64,000 nt of DNA from positions 9,238,001-9,302,000 of the forward strand of contig CM069166.1 of assembly GCA_035221665.1 (NCBI GenBank). The letters run 5' to 3'. Every line of letters starts with the position of its first letter. The first letter of the stretch is position 1. The notes beneath the pieces were generated by a model. That model ran no database searches. It saw nothing but the letters and a program-made list of their open reading frames with translations, and was not told the DNA's origin. This document shows positions 22,490 through 36,709 of this stretch, in pieces. A program made the translations under genes and the position numbers. This DNA comes from Okamejei kenojei. Lineage: Eukaryota.

Positions 22490-23418
22490 CTAAAAAAAAG
22501 AAAACAAAAATATATTTACTTTCAACATACAGCAGAACGTTGCAAGGCAAATATTGATATGTGTAGCCAAACCGCACACCCACAGTCAGTGCTTAGATCA
22601 CAAGGAAGTACAATGCTGGAATCGTAGGGAAAACACAAAGTGTTGGAGTAACTCAGTGGGTCAGGGAGCGTCTCTGGAGTGGATAAATAAATCACATTTT
22701 AGGTCAGGATGCTTGAAGAAGGCCCCCAACTCGAAAAAGAGTCTGAAGGAGAGTTCCAATCCGAGATATCGCCTATCCATGTCCTTTCTTTTTTATTATT
22801 TATTGAACCTTTTTTTTGGTCAATTTCTTGTGTTATCTATTGAGTACTGCATTTACAAACCTGTTATGGTGTTGATGCACGTAAGAATTTAATTGCTCTG
22901 TTTAAGGGTCATATAATAATAAAACACTCTTAAATGGAGCTCTCTTAAATGGATGCCACCTAACCTGCTGAATTATTCCAGTGCTTTTAATATAGACAAA
23001 AATATACTGGTACTCGTATAACAGTTCATGCAAAGCTATTGGCTGCTGTACATCAATCTACACTTTAAACGTTTTAGAGATGCTGGCATGCCATACAGTC
23101 ACTAAACAAAAAGCACTGCCTAGTCATCCTATAGTGTCTTCATTTTCTCCTCTTATTATTTGCTCCCGAAATATTGGCGCCTTCACTTATCAATTTTAAA
23201 ACTGTATACCAATCATTGACCAGTAAAACTGTACATAACTGTATTCCAATCATTGAATGATTTCTTGACCAGCACAAAATGTACCCATCAACAGCAGTAC
23301 ACGTCCCCATCCCCCCACCCCAACATTTTCAATAAAATATTTGGAAGGTGGCACACACCATTTGCATTTGCTCAACCATTTTACACATCCTGACAGCAAG
23401 CCACATCAACAGCAGAAT

Positions 23419-23841
23419 TAGAAACATAGAAACATAGAAATTAGGTGCAGGAGCAGGCCATTCGGCCCTTCGAGCCTGCACCGCCATTCAATATGATCAT
23501 GGCTGATCATCCAACTCAGTATCCTGTACCTGCCTTCTCTCCATACCCCCTGATCCCTTCAGCCACAAGGGCCACATCCATCTCCCTCTTAAATATGGCC
23601 AACAAACTGGCCTCAATTACCTTCTGTGGCAGAGAATTCCACAGATTCACCACTCTCTGTGTGAAAAACGATTTTCTCAACTCGGTCCTAAAAGACTTCC
23701 CCCTTATCCTTAAACTGTGACCCCTTGTCCTGGACTTCCCCAACATCGGGAACAATCTTCCTGCATCTAGCCTGTCCAACCCCTTAAGAATTTTGTAAGT
23801 CTCTATGAGATCACCCCTCAATCTTCTAAATTCCAGCGAGT
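23419..23841 (-). mobile_element. Young CR1 LINE 3' end
   Basis: Open ORF2 terminus RGDLIETYKILKGLDRLDAGRLFP...RVVNLWNSLP; ATAGAAAC tail. Confidence 0.93.
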
Positions 23842-24294
23842 ATTAATTAAACATTAATACGCACATCTCTTCATGCGTTTGGGAATTCGGCTGGTCTTGG
23901 TGAATGGCAATGAGATACAGCAGGATGGTAGACAGAAGGGAAGGAAGGAGGTCCAATATTACGGTAACATTTATTCAATACACTGGTGGGAACCACAAGA
24001 TACTTTAAACCTTGTGATCTTTTAAGCAGAGTACATGGTATAAAGATTAAGACATAAAACTAGATGATTAAATCTTAAGAAAAGATCAAATGCTTTTGGA
24101 ACTCAGTAGCTCAGGCAGCATTCCCTTCTGATCAGTTGGATTCCTCCAGCACTGTGTGTGTTTTCTCAGAATAAAAATAACCCAGCATATAATTTCAGTG
24201 AAACCCAGAGGAAAAATTAATAGATTCTATAAAATTTCCAGAAGGTTTCTCAGGTGCTAGACCTCACTAAAAGGCTGTGATGCTAGCCACACAC

Positions 24295-24535
24295 CTGGTG
24301 GAGACACCACCGAATGCTGGGTGAGGTGAGGGGGCGAATGTTGTTCGGGTGGTGGCGGCAAATGCGTCTGCAGCTCGCTTTGGTGAGGAAGGTGCATCAT
24401 GGGTTGTCCAAAGTGCGGCATGGCATCATAGGCATTGGTCAATATCTGTGGCTCCATGATTGGAAGGGGAGTAGGTACAAACTGTGGAGGTGATTGCTTC
24501 ATCGGCTGTGGAAGCTGATGGTGGTGGTGATGTTG
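24295..24535 (-). CDS. BRD4: BRD4 poly-His/Pro exon
   Basis: 241 nt; QHHHHHQLPQPMKQSPPQFVPTPLPIMEPQ...EQHSPPHLTQHSVVSPP; strong polypyrimidine acceptor. Confidence 0.94.
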
Positions 24536-26898
24536 CTGCAGAGAAAAAAATAACAATTCATTAAAGTTAAGTTTTTGTTTTAAAAAACATGCTATTTTAA
24601 TGTATGCATTTGGATTTATGCTGAATGCATTTTCCTAACATTTCTTTTCTAATTTCCTTGCCAATTTTCTCTCGAACCTTCCAATATTTGGAACTCATTT
24701 TCACCCAGTCCACAGATCCAGTTGTCGGCACGTTCAAGTGATCCAGAAAGCACAACCTCACTCCAGTTTTTCCAAGTCTTCCAGCTTCTAAAGTAGATAG
24801 AACTGGCCTCCATCTTCACAACTAAAATAATGAACCAGGAATGACCACAAGTACAGAACAATCAGATCGACTTCTACTCAATTCTAACAGCCTAGTGCAA
24901 AATACAATGCCACAACCTTACATGGTCAGACCATTGTGAACTGCATGCTGAGACATTGCTATGGTAGCCTTTGACAGAATTATATTGGAAAAGCAGTCTG
25001 AAACTCAGTTATAAAAATTAACTAGACACTGTGACAATGACATTAATTTTCTCCCTTCTGGTCTTGGATGTTGTGAGAAGAGAGAACATTATATCTCAGA
25101 GTTTATGTTCTAAATCAACATCCTTCAGGAAAGAGGAAGGAAAAATGTGTTAGGTTGGGAAGGAAAGAAGCTGTTGACTCAGTCGAGAAGATTCTTAACA
25201 CCTGTCCTACGTAAGAATCATTGAGTAACAACATGCAAAATAATATTTCACTGTGCTATTTCCATCCATCTCCTGACAACCCATCCCACCACTCTTCAAT
25301 CAAAGTACCAATTGGACAGGTCTTGCACAGCCAACACTAAATTAAACATTCACAATTACGTTCAGGAACACAGAGAACCACTCATTAGCTAGCTGTTTCT
25401 GCAGTCTGTTGAATTTCCTACAGCAATGAATTAACTGCACAGGATCCAAATGTCAGGAGTTTGTGAGACCCTCGTGCAGTAATAAAATAATTCTTAAGAA
25501 GAAGAAAAAATGAGCACCAAGCTCTCAGTCGTGTCGTAGACTGGAAATATTAAGGTATTGAACTTGGATTATAATGGAACTTTTAAAATCAAGCCTTTAC
25601 AATACATTTTGTGGATACGATACATTCCACCAGATCTGTGTCCTCTACAATGATAATTACAGGAGTGATTCTTAACTTTGTACACAGAAGATGTAGTAGT
25701 GATCGCATTAGGCAGTTTAAAAATGTTATTAGAATTTCATAAGGTAAATATAGAGGAGTAATTCTACTGCAGTAATCAAGAACCAGGAGGTATTTGTTAA
25801 CAATGAAAGTGACATTGTCAGAGATGTCACAATTCAGAGATATTTTTAAAGGACTGCTAAAACTAGTAACTGCTTCCCCTAAAGACTTCTTGGGAGGGGG
25901 TGGGCTTAGAGCTCTGGGGACTAAGATTAACAATGGTTATTGTGGATAAGAGCATTAAGAAAATGTCTAAGCAAACAATTGCTATTCTGACCTAAATAAA
26001 TGACAGCACAAAAGAATGCAAGCAATGCAATTTTAAAATGTTCTGAATTATGGATTTTGGATAGAATTGAAAAATGCCATGCGGTGAAAACTTGGGACAT
26101 CTCAAACATGTTTATTTGAAGTTTTATTTGGAAAGTTAACATTTATTGAGCTTGACCTTTGGCTATGGTACAAATAGCAAATGCTTTCTTATTTTGTAAT
26201 CTTCCTAGCAAATTATCATTAATTTCCAATTTTGTGCTATTATTCTGTTGGAGGGAGACAACTTTCTTCCTCCCAAATACAAAACTGAACTTTCAGCCAA
26301 GTGTTTTCCATTATTTTCTACCACATTTAGTTTCTGCATCATTAATGGCTCAAGCTAAAAAAAAGTTGACAACCAGTTCAAAAGGACATCAAGGAGAACT
26401 GAGTGGTGCATAGGAAGGAATGAAGGAATCTCCAGTAAAACATCTACTAATTAGCCAAGCAGGGGTTGCTGAGATTATGGGCAGCTTCTGGGAGAAATTT
26501 ATCTGGCATCTTTCAAAGGTCTCGAGCTGTGCAGCTATTTCCCGCTAGTAAAAAGTTACGAAACTTCTTTTACTTAGGCAGAAAGTCAAATGGCTGGATC
26601 ATGCTCTTAATACCCTCCATCCAGACATATATCAACACAAAACAGTTTTCAGGAAACTTGCAAATACAGTTTTAAAATAAATTAAGTTGTGTTGGTTGGT
26701 TGTCTTTCAAATAAAACAGGTCAAGGTCGCAGAATCATGAACATGCTGGGGCAGGAGAGGTGGAGGAAAGAAATACCAGAGGAAGGAGCCCGAAATGTTT
26801 AGATTCTTTTAAGCGGTAAACGAAGAAATGCTCAAAACCCAAGCCACCCCCACCAGTAAACAAACAGCACAGTGTCTCAGACCAATGTTCATTCCTAC

Positions 26899-26960
26899 CT
26901 TCTTTTGCTCCCGTCCAGAGCGACTCTTGTGGCTGCCATGTTTGGTTTTAGGTGGCACCT
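26899..26960 (-). CDS. BRD4: BRD4 first long-isoform-specific exon
   Basis: 62 nt; (E)VPPKTKHGSHKSRSGREQKK, matching mammalian EMAPKSKKKGHPGREQKK; AG/GTAGG; phase 1 to 0. Confidence 0.9.
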
Positions 26961-28279
26961 CTGCAGAAGAGAGTTGAAATTGAGATGTGCCGCCTGATGG
27001 ACAACTAAATCTAAACTATACTATACACACAAGAGCTCCAGGTGACGACTTAAAAAAAACTCTAACAGAGGACCTCCTTGCAGCAAAGCACGACAGGAGC
27101 TGTGTTTGCAACTAAATAAATCTATAGGTTTTTGTTGTAGATTGTGAATTTTATTTTTAAAACAGCTGTTGGTTAAGTATTTCCATCAATTTCCTTTGTT
27201 TTATCATCTTTTCATCTGCACCCTAAAGGAGAGGCATATGATATGCCATTAACTACCAGTTTTTGACCAGTTGAAGATTTTACCAGGAGATCCGAGTTCT
27301 GTTTCCATAACCTTGCACATTCATTCCCAGTTTGCCCACAGCATTTCACTGGAGACAATTATCCGATCACAGAAATGGCTACAATTGAAGATGGAATTTG
27401 TAATTCTTGATCAAGTATATCCTTGTCATTTGATGGTGCTCCTGCCGAATAAAGTCATCTATATCTCCATTAATCACAGGTAACACATTTCTAGGTTGTT
27501 CAAACTAATGGCACCAAGTGGATCATAGTGGTTCATCTGCCATTCTCCCCCTACAATGAGGAACTGGTTGGTTTCAGACAACATGCATCTTTTGTTCAAT
27601 AGATGTTCTGTAATGAGACGAGCCTACTGCCCCATGCCTTTAAGTTTGACTTACCCCGTCACCTTAACCCCCACTGAAACTAATTCAAGCTAAAGCTGGC
27701 AATTATACAACTTCAATTCACAACATGAACAGTATTTTATAAGAGCATGAAATAAGCATTAAGGCACTGTATCTGGTTAACTATATTTTTCATTGCTTCC
27801 AAATGATCTTTATATGCTGATCAAATGCATATAAAGACCATTTTTCAAATGCTATGCAAAAGTTAATGCCCCTTGGTACATTACTGTTTATTTAATATTT
27901 CCATTAACAAGGTATGTATTACATCATATTGCACTGTAGATTAATAGAATCACAATTAAACCAATTGCTTGGATCACATCACAGGTTTCAAGTGCAAACT
28001 CAATTTATATTGTATATAGAAGGATGGCCCACATGGGTTAAAGCAGTCCCCAGAAGTTTACAATAGTAAAGTGGATGCTGATAAGACATGGGCTCTTTGT
28101 TTCCACCATTGCCTCCCCAATGATCCTGTCTGCACGGGGCACCAACCTTATATATTATGCAGCAAAGGTGATTGTTCAATAATTCCGTGGCAATATATAG
28201 CACATTGCAAAGCGGTTATACTTAAAATGCGATGAAAAGATATGCAAAGCTTTTACATTATGGCAACTGCTTATATATA

Positions 28280-29451
28280 CTAGACCAAGGAGGACCCGTT
28301 GGGTCCCGTCCCTTCGGCGAGCGGTTGCGGGGGGGGCCCTTCCACTCATACCCCTTGCATAACCCCCAACTGCGCAGGCGCGGCTGGGGGGGGGGGGGGG
28401 GGGCGGAGGTAGAGAGGGAGAAGGAAGGGGTAGAGATTGAGGAGTGGGGGTGGGTGGTGTGGCGTCACAGGGAAGGGCTGGTTCCCAAACGCAATACTCC
28501 ACCACTCACCCTTAAGTCCCAATATTCACCTATCCCTGGGGGGGGGGGGGTGGGGGGGGGGGGGGGGGTCAGAGGGAGGGGGCAGAGAGGGAGGGGGGAC
28601 AGAGTGGGAGGGAGGGGCAGAGCGGGATAGGGGGCAGAGAGGGAGTGCCCCCTTCTCCCTCTCCTACCTCCATCCACGCCCCCTCTCTCTCTGCCCCAGG
28701 GAGGGGATAGAGAGGGAGGGGGAGGGGGAGGGGGTAGAGGCAGCACCTACCCAGGTCGTAGAGCAGAAGCCTCCCCAGGCGCCGAACCTGAGCTAGGCTG
28801 TGGCCGGAGTGGACCAGACCGAGGCCCGGAGTGATCCGAGGACGGTCAAAAGCAGCGGAGGGCCAGCCGATCGTGGCTTCCGCGAGGGTAAGCCCACCCA
28901 CCAGCGCGACAGACGATTGGGCGGGGGAAACGGAGATGAGGTCTTCCCCTGTGACGGCCGCCACGGCCACTTTTCACTATGCTTGTCCACGCCCGCTAAG
29001 CAATAACAACCGCCGCCGCTATGTTGTAGAACTTCAAGGAGCCCAGCAGAGCGTGCAGCACGACTTGAGCACGTGTTCAACGGCTTCAATCCAGAGCCCG
29101 GGTGGGGGGGGTGGGGGGTGGCTGGGCCATGTAACTCACAGCTGGTGGAAAACAGTGGGGCTGCGCGTTGAAAATTCTGCGCAGCTTGCCGCGAGGAGCA
29201 GAGGCATTGTGACGTCACCCAGCTTGCTTGGGCACATTAGATTTAAAAAATGTCAGATTGGTGAACAATTTTAGTAAAAACCATAGCAAATAATGAATCC
29301 AATTTTCAGATGAGGGGGGTTTTGAAACCATGAGGTAAATCTCCACCGGAAGATGTAAAAATTTCACCGTTACCACGTTGGTTTTTCGAGATTTGAATCA
29401 AAGAAAAAGTTCAAGCAAGCAAACATCCAAGATGAAGATCTATAATATAGA
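28280..29451 (-). mobile_element. Non-autonomous Helitron
   Basis: Minus strand starts A|TCTATATT and ends GGACCCAACGGGTCC hairpin...CTAG|T; no TSD; G-run-rich interior. Confidence 0.8.
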
Positions 29452-30783
29452 TACGCACACACACACACACACACCAAACAAAACTAAGCAGAGGGTGGTA
29501 ATTTATTTAAGTGCTTACGCTGCCAAGTGCGACGGCAAATATCAAAAGATGCAATCACCTCCATCCCACCTACATCAATTTCCTCTTTACATTAGCAGAC
29601 CGTGTTAAAATATTTGGGAAAAGCATCTTTGACCATGAATACTTGTAACAATAGGTAAGTATAAAGCAGGTACAATAGCCAATCCTGAGCTTATTGCAAT
29701 TACTTTCAATTTCCAAGAACATACATGGATGGTAAATACCATTTTGTGATGTATATGCTTAAGTTCAAATCAACAATTTACAGCTTTTCTCTTACAATTT
29801 TAACCAAGTAACATATTTTAACATACTTCTATGAAGCTTAATGAGAAACATATTGTTCAACGCTCAAGGGTTGTTTTTAGAAAATATGGTAAAAGATTAA
29901 TCAAAGAATCAACTTTTAAAGGCAGGGTGCAAGGGAAGTAACTGATTTAGGAAGGACATCTGGATATTAAGCCTCTGACAACTTGGAAGACAAAGGGAAT
30001 GGAAAAGCAGCCATATTTAAGGAACAAAGATGTTAAACATAGTTTTGGTAGTTAACTCAAAGCAGACTGTCATTTTACAACAGACCATGGATGCAGTTTT
30101 TTATATCAATCACCTTTTCACTACATAAATATTAACAACTCTTTAATGGCTGACAGTTTCACAGGCGTCTTGCTTGATGAACGAGCAAAATCTGAAGTAA
30201 TCCATTAGGCTGTGACTTGTTCAGATTATAGGATCATAACCAACTTCCATTTTGTGGAAGTGAAAAGTGAATACACAATTTCTATATTACATCATGACAA
30301 TACTTCAAGGATACTTGATGAGGTGCTTAACGACATCATGAACCTAATGCAAGAGGTGTCATATAAATGCAAACCTGTTTTTTATTTAAATATATTTTGA
30401 CCACACACAGGTCTAAATTTTCAAAAAATGTTTTTAACCTTAGGCCTCTTCCTTCTACACTTGATCAAATGGATGGGGGAAATGTAACAAGTGTATCAGG
30501 AAGTGGTGAATAGGAGCCAAAGTGTTGATGTCCAATAAGAGGGGGAAAAAAATCAGGCAAGAATAAAATAAGATATGGTGGAAATGAGCAAGAAAATACA
30601 CCTGGAAACCTTTGGTTCACAAAACACCCGCTCAATGTTTATATTCAGGATAATGGCTTCATTGAACTTCAAGATTAAAAAGATAATTACAAATTAGAAA
30701 TTTATATTGACAACTTTAGGACCTACATGGTTCTAATATAGGAACATCTGGATTGTCCAAAACGCAATATCAACATAATTATA

Positions 30784-30872
30784 CACAAAAATGCTGGAGA
30801 AAATCTGCGGGTGCAGCAGCATCTATGGAGCGAAGGAAATAGGCAACGTTTCGGGCCGAAACCCTTCTTCAG
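30784..30872 (-). mobile_element. Penelope-derived pLTR fragment with minimal hammerhead core
   Basis: Minus strand CTGAAGA-A-GGGT TTCG GCCC-GAAACGTT; flanked by TAATTATA on both sides. Confidence 0.7.
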
Positions 30873-31333
30873 TAATTATATGCAGCCTCTGCTGGCAATA
30901 AGATTCTGACAGACCTGGTCAGACTTTAAGGTGCAATCCCTGGTAGAGATGTATCGAACCAGGTGCAATTATTTAAAGATGAGGGTAATTATTTCAAATC
31001 AGAATTGGAGGAATAAGAGTTGCTTTGGCAGGTTTGCAAATTTGGGGAATTCTTTATCTAAGAGCTGTAGATGTGGATTCATTAAATATATTCAAGACCA
31101 GTAACAGGCTTATGTGAACATGAAGGGAAAAAGAGTGACGGCCAAACGGCAGATTGTCTGTAATTAATACTTTAAAGTATACTCAAGTCGTTATGTGACA
31201 AATAACTAAATATTTAATATCAGAAGCCGATTAAGAGAGAAAATAGTCAACAGGCCGAGAGGTTTAAAGAGGGAACTTCAGTGTGTGACCCTTTGGAAGC
31301 TGAAAGCACAGTTGATAATGGAGAACGATCAAG

Positions 31334-31558
31334 TTTTTTGTTACCATGTGATTTGACTATTCCCACGCAGTCTTGGTCTAGCTTTCTTGCCCATCTGTTA
31401 ACTCTGTTCACTGACTTTTGATTGTGGTATTAAAAGTAATTGTCTTGTATCTAGTCAGTGCTTCAGTATATTTACTTTCCCCAAATTCCTTCAACAGATG
31501 GGCAAGAAAGCTAGACCAAGACTGCATGGGAATAGTCAAATCACATGGTAACAAAAAA
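31334..31558. repeat. 66-bp inverted repeat (65/66 identical) with 93-bp spacer
   Basis: Arms 31334-31399 and 31493-31558 are reverse complements except one C/T position. Confidence 0.97.
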
Positions 31559-33224
31559 ATATTGGAGGGTTTTGCTAACAAGCAGAGATAGACTTATTCT
31601 GGCAAAGTCCCCAAAGTTAAACAGAAGTCGAGTTGGATGCTTTTCTTAGTCAAATATGACACTATGATTATGAATTTCATTGTCCTGTCAGGGACACATG
31701 ACAATAAACTCTTTTGACTTTGACTTTTGAATTATCTGGTTCAGTTACAGGAAGGTAAATGGAAGCAGTAGCTAGGCTTATTTGAATGTAGGAAATTACG
31801 GCTCATTTAAAACTTTGATGTCAAACAAAGCATTGGAACTTAAGTCAGTGGAAGGTCAAAAATGGTGAAGTGGCTTCACCTTGACTATTCTTGCCAGTAG
31901 TCCATTCCCAAGTTGTCTTTCTTCACAGGAAATTAGTACATACCCATCATAAATTGGGATTAAGAGTTTTGAAATGAGTTGTCTGTTTCTGACTTGTTTT
32001 CTTGGTGAAATACAGTCATTATTCTAATGCCTAAATCGAATCTTCCATTTGTTTTTTTATTGAATGCGCTCAAATGGTAGAATCTTGGAAAAGATAGAGC
32101 TAAATAATAAATTCTTCAAGAAACAGTCAATAAGAGTGAAATCATGAAGGTAAAAAGTGTATGTCACACCACATGGTGTTTGACGGTCAGCAGCGACTCC
32201 ATAGACCGAAAGGCCTATATCCTTGCTGTATCTCCCTGTAAATCCATGACCATGCAAACAAAGCCTACAAAAAATAAACAACGCTAAAGCGTTGATTTTT
32301 TCTTAACTATTCGAGCCAACACCGCCATTCAATATGATCATGGCTGATCATCCAAAATCAGTACCCCGTTCCTGCTTTTTCCACATATCCAGAGCTGCCA
32401 AGTTTTGTCAGAGCATTTCAGTATTCTAGTACCCGAAAATCAGTATTTTGCTGAAAATCAGTATTTTCATGCGGTGCCATTTTGCTGGAAAAAAGTGTTG
32501 TTTTTTTTATGTGCGGTCATACCCATGTTAAGAGTACAAGAATGCATAACTGTGCTACAAATGACAGGTCTTCTACGCACCTTACTTGACAGTGCATTCA
32601 TTGCCATCTCTTTGTATACTGCTGTTTGAACGGCTGCTTCCTGCTTTCAGCACCAGATGATGCAGAAGCCATTTTGGAAGACTCCCTCTCCCTCCTTACT
32701 CTCTTTTCCACCCACTCCCTCCCTCTTTCCCTCCCACCTTCCTTTTTTTTCTCCCTCCCTCTCTTATTCCCTCTCCTTCCCCTAACAGTCTGTGACCCAT
32801 AGCACTGTGCTCATAGCGCTATGTGTGAAGCCCATAGCGCTATGTGTAAAGGCAACAGTGCTTCAACTGGGAGTTCCATTTTTAGAACCCATAGCGCTGT
32901 CCACTTAAATTTGCACGCGTTAAAACCTGGAGCGGGACAGGCAGATCAATTTGCAAGGTTGTGCTTGAAAGTGCACCTGGGTGAATATCATAATGACGTT
33001 TAGATCTGGTAACAGCATCAGCCCAACAATTGAAAGCTTGGACGAATCACTAATGGATAAAGTCCAAAACAGCCAATATTCTTCTTGTGAAATAATATCC
33101 AAAGACTTATTATTCCCAATTAATAGTTTCAATTACTGATGACACTGCTGATCTGGATACTTTTATTTTGATTTGTGATGCGTTGGTCCTGGAACTTTAA
33201 AAAGTCTTCCCCATTGTTTTTTGG

Positions 33225-33513
33225 TTTTTAGTTTTAGAGATACAGCACGGAAACAGGCCCTTCAGCCCACACCGTCCAGCTATCCCCACACATTAACACT
33301 ACCCTACATGCGCGACCATTAAAAAAAAAATACTGAGCCAAGTAGCCTACAAACCTGTATGTCTTTGGCGGGTGTGAGGAAACCGAAGATCTCGGAGAAA
33401 ACACATGCAAGTCACAGTACAAACTCCATACAGACAGCTCCCGTAGTCAGGATCGAACCCAGGTCTCCAGTGCCGTATGGCAGCAACTCTAGCGCTGTGC
33501 CACCATGCTGCCC
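33225..33513 (-). mobile_element. HE1-type tRNA SINE, near full length
   Basis: Minus strand GGGCAGCATGGTGGCACAGCG...GGGTTCGATCC...GGGCTGAAGGGCCTGTTTCC...CTAAAA tail. Confidence 0.85.
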
Positions 33514-36500
33514 ATTGATATATCAATTTCTTGTAAGATGCCTCCAATAAATATCCCAATATTAGACCAGTTTTAGCAGCCCAGGTTTCTAAACAAAAAG
33601 GTCTTTCCAGAGAGACCACCTGCCACGAAACTGCAAAAATTCTATCTGCCCCTATGGAAAAGTTAAAGTCGCAGAATAAGGTTGGTCAAATCCCTCTACT
33701 GTATGCTATGCAAGATCAATGGAGCATATTTTATTTTACATTTTTCCTAGCCAGCTTATTGATACATATTTAATAGTGCTCTTCAAGCAGACGAGAACTC
33801 AAGGACATTCTCAACTTCAGCAGAATTAATTGGATTAAGCTGTAAAAGACAGATTTTGGGAAATATTGATTATTTTGTATTTCTTGTTTCAAGAGGAACA
33901 ATTCACGCAGTGAATTCACTGAAAATAATTGTCCTGCTCTGGATTAGCAATGTTGAATTTGTCAACCAGTTATCTCCTAACTAATATTAATTTTAAAACA
34001 ATTACTTGGTAAATTAACAATGATTGAGGGGAGGTATTAAGAGTTTTTCTCATTGGCCAGACATGGACGAGCCAACGCTGTCAGGATGCAAACATTTCCT
34101 TTCGTTTCTATTTGAAAGCTAAACTCCAGTTTCAGATACTCAAAAGTTCACTGTTACATTTCATCACATTGTGAATATTTGGCTGGGGTGTGGGGAAAGA
34201 ATTCTATTAAATGGTGACCAGACTTTCAGCATCCATTTACTGGACAGGAAAAACTTTTCTCCAACTAAACATTGACTGGTCACCGTCGTTACCATTTTTA
34301 TTTATGACAACTATCTGAAACCATTCACCAATGTTGTTGCCTTGTTTGACCTCCAACCATACACTTTTGGCATCACAAAAACAGTGAACCGTGCAGCACA
34401 AAGACAGGCTCCAGGCCACATGTCTGCGTTGAACAGATAACACTTTTTGCCAGCTATGTAATGTCTCCCAACTCTGCCTTCTCAAGCTCAACTGTTGCCA
34501 AAAGCCTCATCCATATGTTGCTAACTTTAGGCTCAACTTTCCCAGTGCTGTTTCAGCTACCTCCCATGTTCCATCATATAAATACAAGAGGTAATTCTGT
34601 GCCACAGGTCTCCCATTCAAGTTCTGTACATCCATCATCCTGTAAAATCCCTGATCTTTATTGGTTACTAGTTAAGCAGAAATCCATTAAAAAAATGTAG
34701 CATCATTGTCATATTGTTCTCCAGCCTCATCTCTTCCCAGTTATCCTCCTAGTCCGACTAATTCCTCCAAATCTGGCTTCTTGGCAATCCCACATTTTAA
34801 TCACAAGCCTACACCTACCAAGACACTAACTAAGCTTTGGTTATCCCCAATTATTTATTCCCATCCTTCAAGGTGGTCCTTAAAACCATCCTGTATCATC
34901 CGTAACATTTTATATGGGTCCACATAAAGGTTTGTTTGACAAAGTTCCTTTGAAGCACGTAAATAACTCTCAATAAAGAATAACTTTCAGTCTGGATCCA
35001 GTATCCAGCCCAATATTTTACCCAGCATATTGGTGTGGACATTGGTGCACCCAACGACATTGTAGACTATTCACGAGCACATTCGAGTTAAACATGTGTG
35101 ACCAACACTTGGATGAAACAGAAAATATAAACTAATTTGAATTACGGAGGGATAAGGGAAGGAGCATTAAAAATTCATTAAAATGTTAATTGAGCTAACA
35201 GATAACTTCCTTGCTGGAAAGAATATTGTAAGTTCTTGTAATGATCATGGGTTGCAAAGTACATGTCAACTAAGGACATCAGCAGTCCATGTGTTACTTC
35301 ACAACCCACTATAACTAAACATTTCCATGACCCAAGAAACAAGCCAAATTCTTTAAATGCACATGATCAATTTGATCAAACCACAGAAATCTACTCTGTG
35401 ATATAAAGGGTGAGCAACTTTTGATGCCAATTATAGGAACCATAAAATCCTTCTGTTAGGCAAAACAAAGAACATCTTCTGGCACAGGAAATGTACAGAC
35501 CCTACTCCACCAGCAGAAATACATATAACACAGTGCAGCACAGGAACATGCTCTTCAGCCCACAATTCTGTGCCGAACATGAGTCAAGTTAAACTACTAT
35601 ATATAACAGGACAATCATATAAATATTGGGAACATGTACCTGAAACATCTACGACAATGAACCTAACCAGGAAGTGCAGAAATACTTGAAAATAAACTAC
35701 ATCTGTATTACATAGCTTGGGAATTTTAGACAATTAAAAATACAACTTAAAGAGACACCTCTTAATCTTTTTCTCTAACCTCGTCTAAAAATACCAACTC
35801 TCGGGGTCACACACTCTGAGGCCCATTCCATCTTGTCAAATTCTTGACCACATTAATTATATTGTTAACCAAGTACAAGAGCAAGCCCAACCCCTGCTTC
35901 AATAGACATTGAGGAAGGATAATGGCATTTTTCCCCCCTCAAAGTGGAACTGTAGTATTAAAGAATGACATCTTGAGGCTGCAAGTTTGGAGAGGGTGGC
36001 AGAATACTGGTTGGGTAAGAAGAAAGCAGATTGAAAGAATAGCAAGAGGAGTGAATTACAGGTCAAAGATAAATCAGCTGGCCTATTCATTTTACATAAC
36101 CACCCGACATGGCTCATTATTTCTTTGCTACGTTCATGACCTTGCCTTTGTTTATTTCCAATGACACTTGCATTCAGTTGATAAATTATCCTGTTTACAA
36201 TTTTTTTTTTAAGTTGGCCATTTCAGCATGGAAACAAAGGCCATATGTCATTTTGCAGTCAGGGAACCAAAGTCCTTTATGCACAAAGAGGGCAAGGCAG
36301 ATGTGAAGACAATAAATTCCCTTCCCTTCAGATGGCTCACGCATCCCTTTTGAAGCAAGTTCATATTTATTATTTCAGTTGCTTCCAAATAGCACCATCA
36401 ATAATTAAGGAAATTTCTATTTCCAAACCAACATTTGACGGTCTGACTTTTTTTCAGGTAACTACATGCGTATTACTCGCAACACTACAACTAGTGTTTG

Positions 36501-36709
36501 TTTGAATTAACCAAGTTAATTGTGCTGATTATTCAAACCACTATTATCTTCTTGCAAAAATGTACTCTTAAAAACAAAATTGACGCTTGAACTTGCCTCA
36601 GTTTTTAGTCATTGGACTTAAATGACTTAATTTAAATTGGATTTGTCTGCACTCAAGCCACAAGTTTAGCCTTGACAGTATCTTCCAGCAACATGGCAAA
36701 TGTCCAACT

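Noticed and set aside
28176-29274. Several 90-150 aa Pro/Gly-rich ORFs
   Set aside because: Low-complexity frames inside the Helitron; no domain or splice-phase support.
32390-33015. Possible hAT-like element with AAATCAGTATTTT and CCCATAGCGCT repeats
   Set aside because: Probably a DNA-transposon remnant, but matching TIR and TSD could not be identified.
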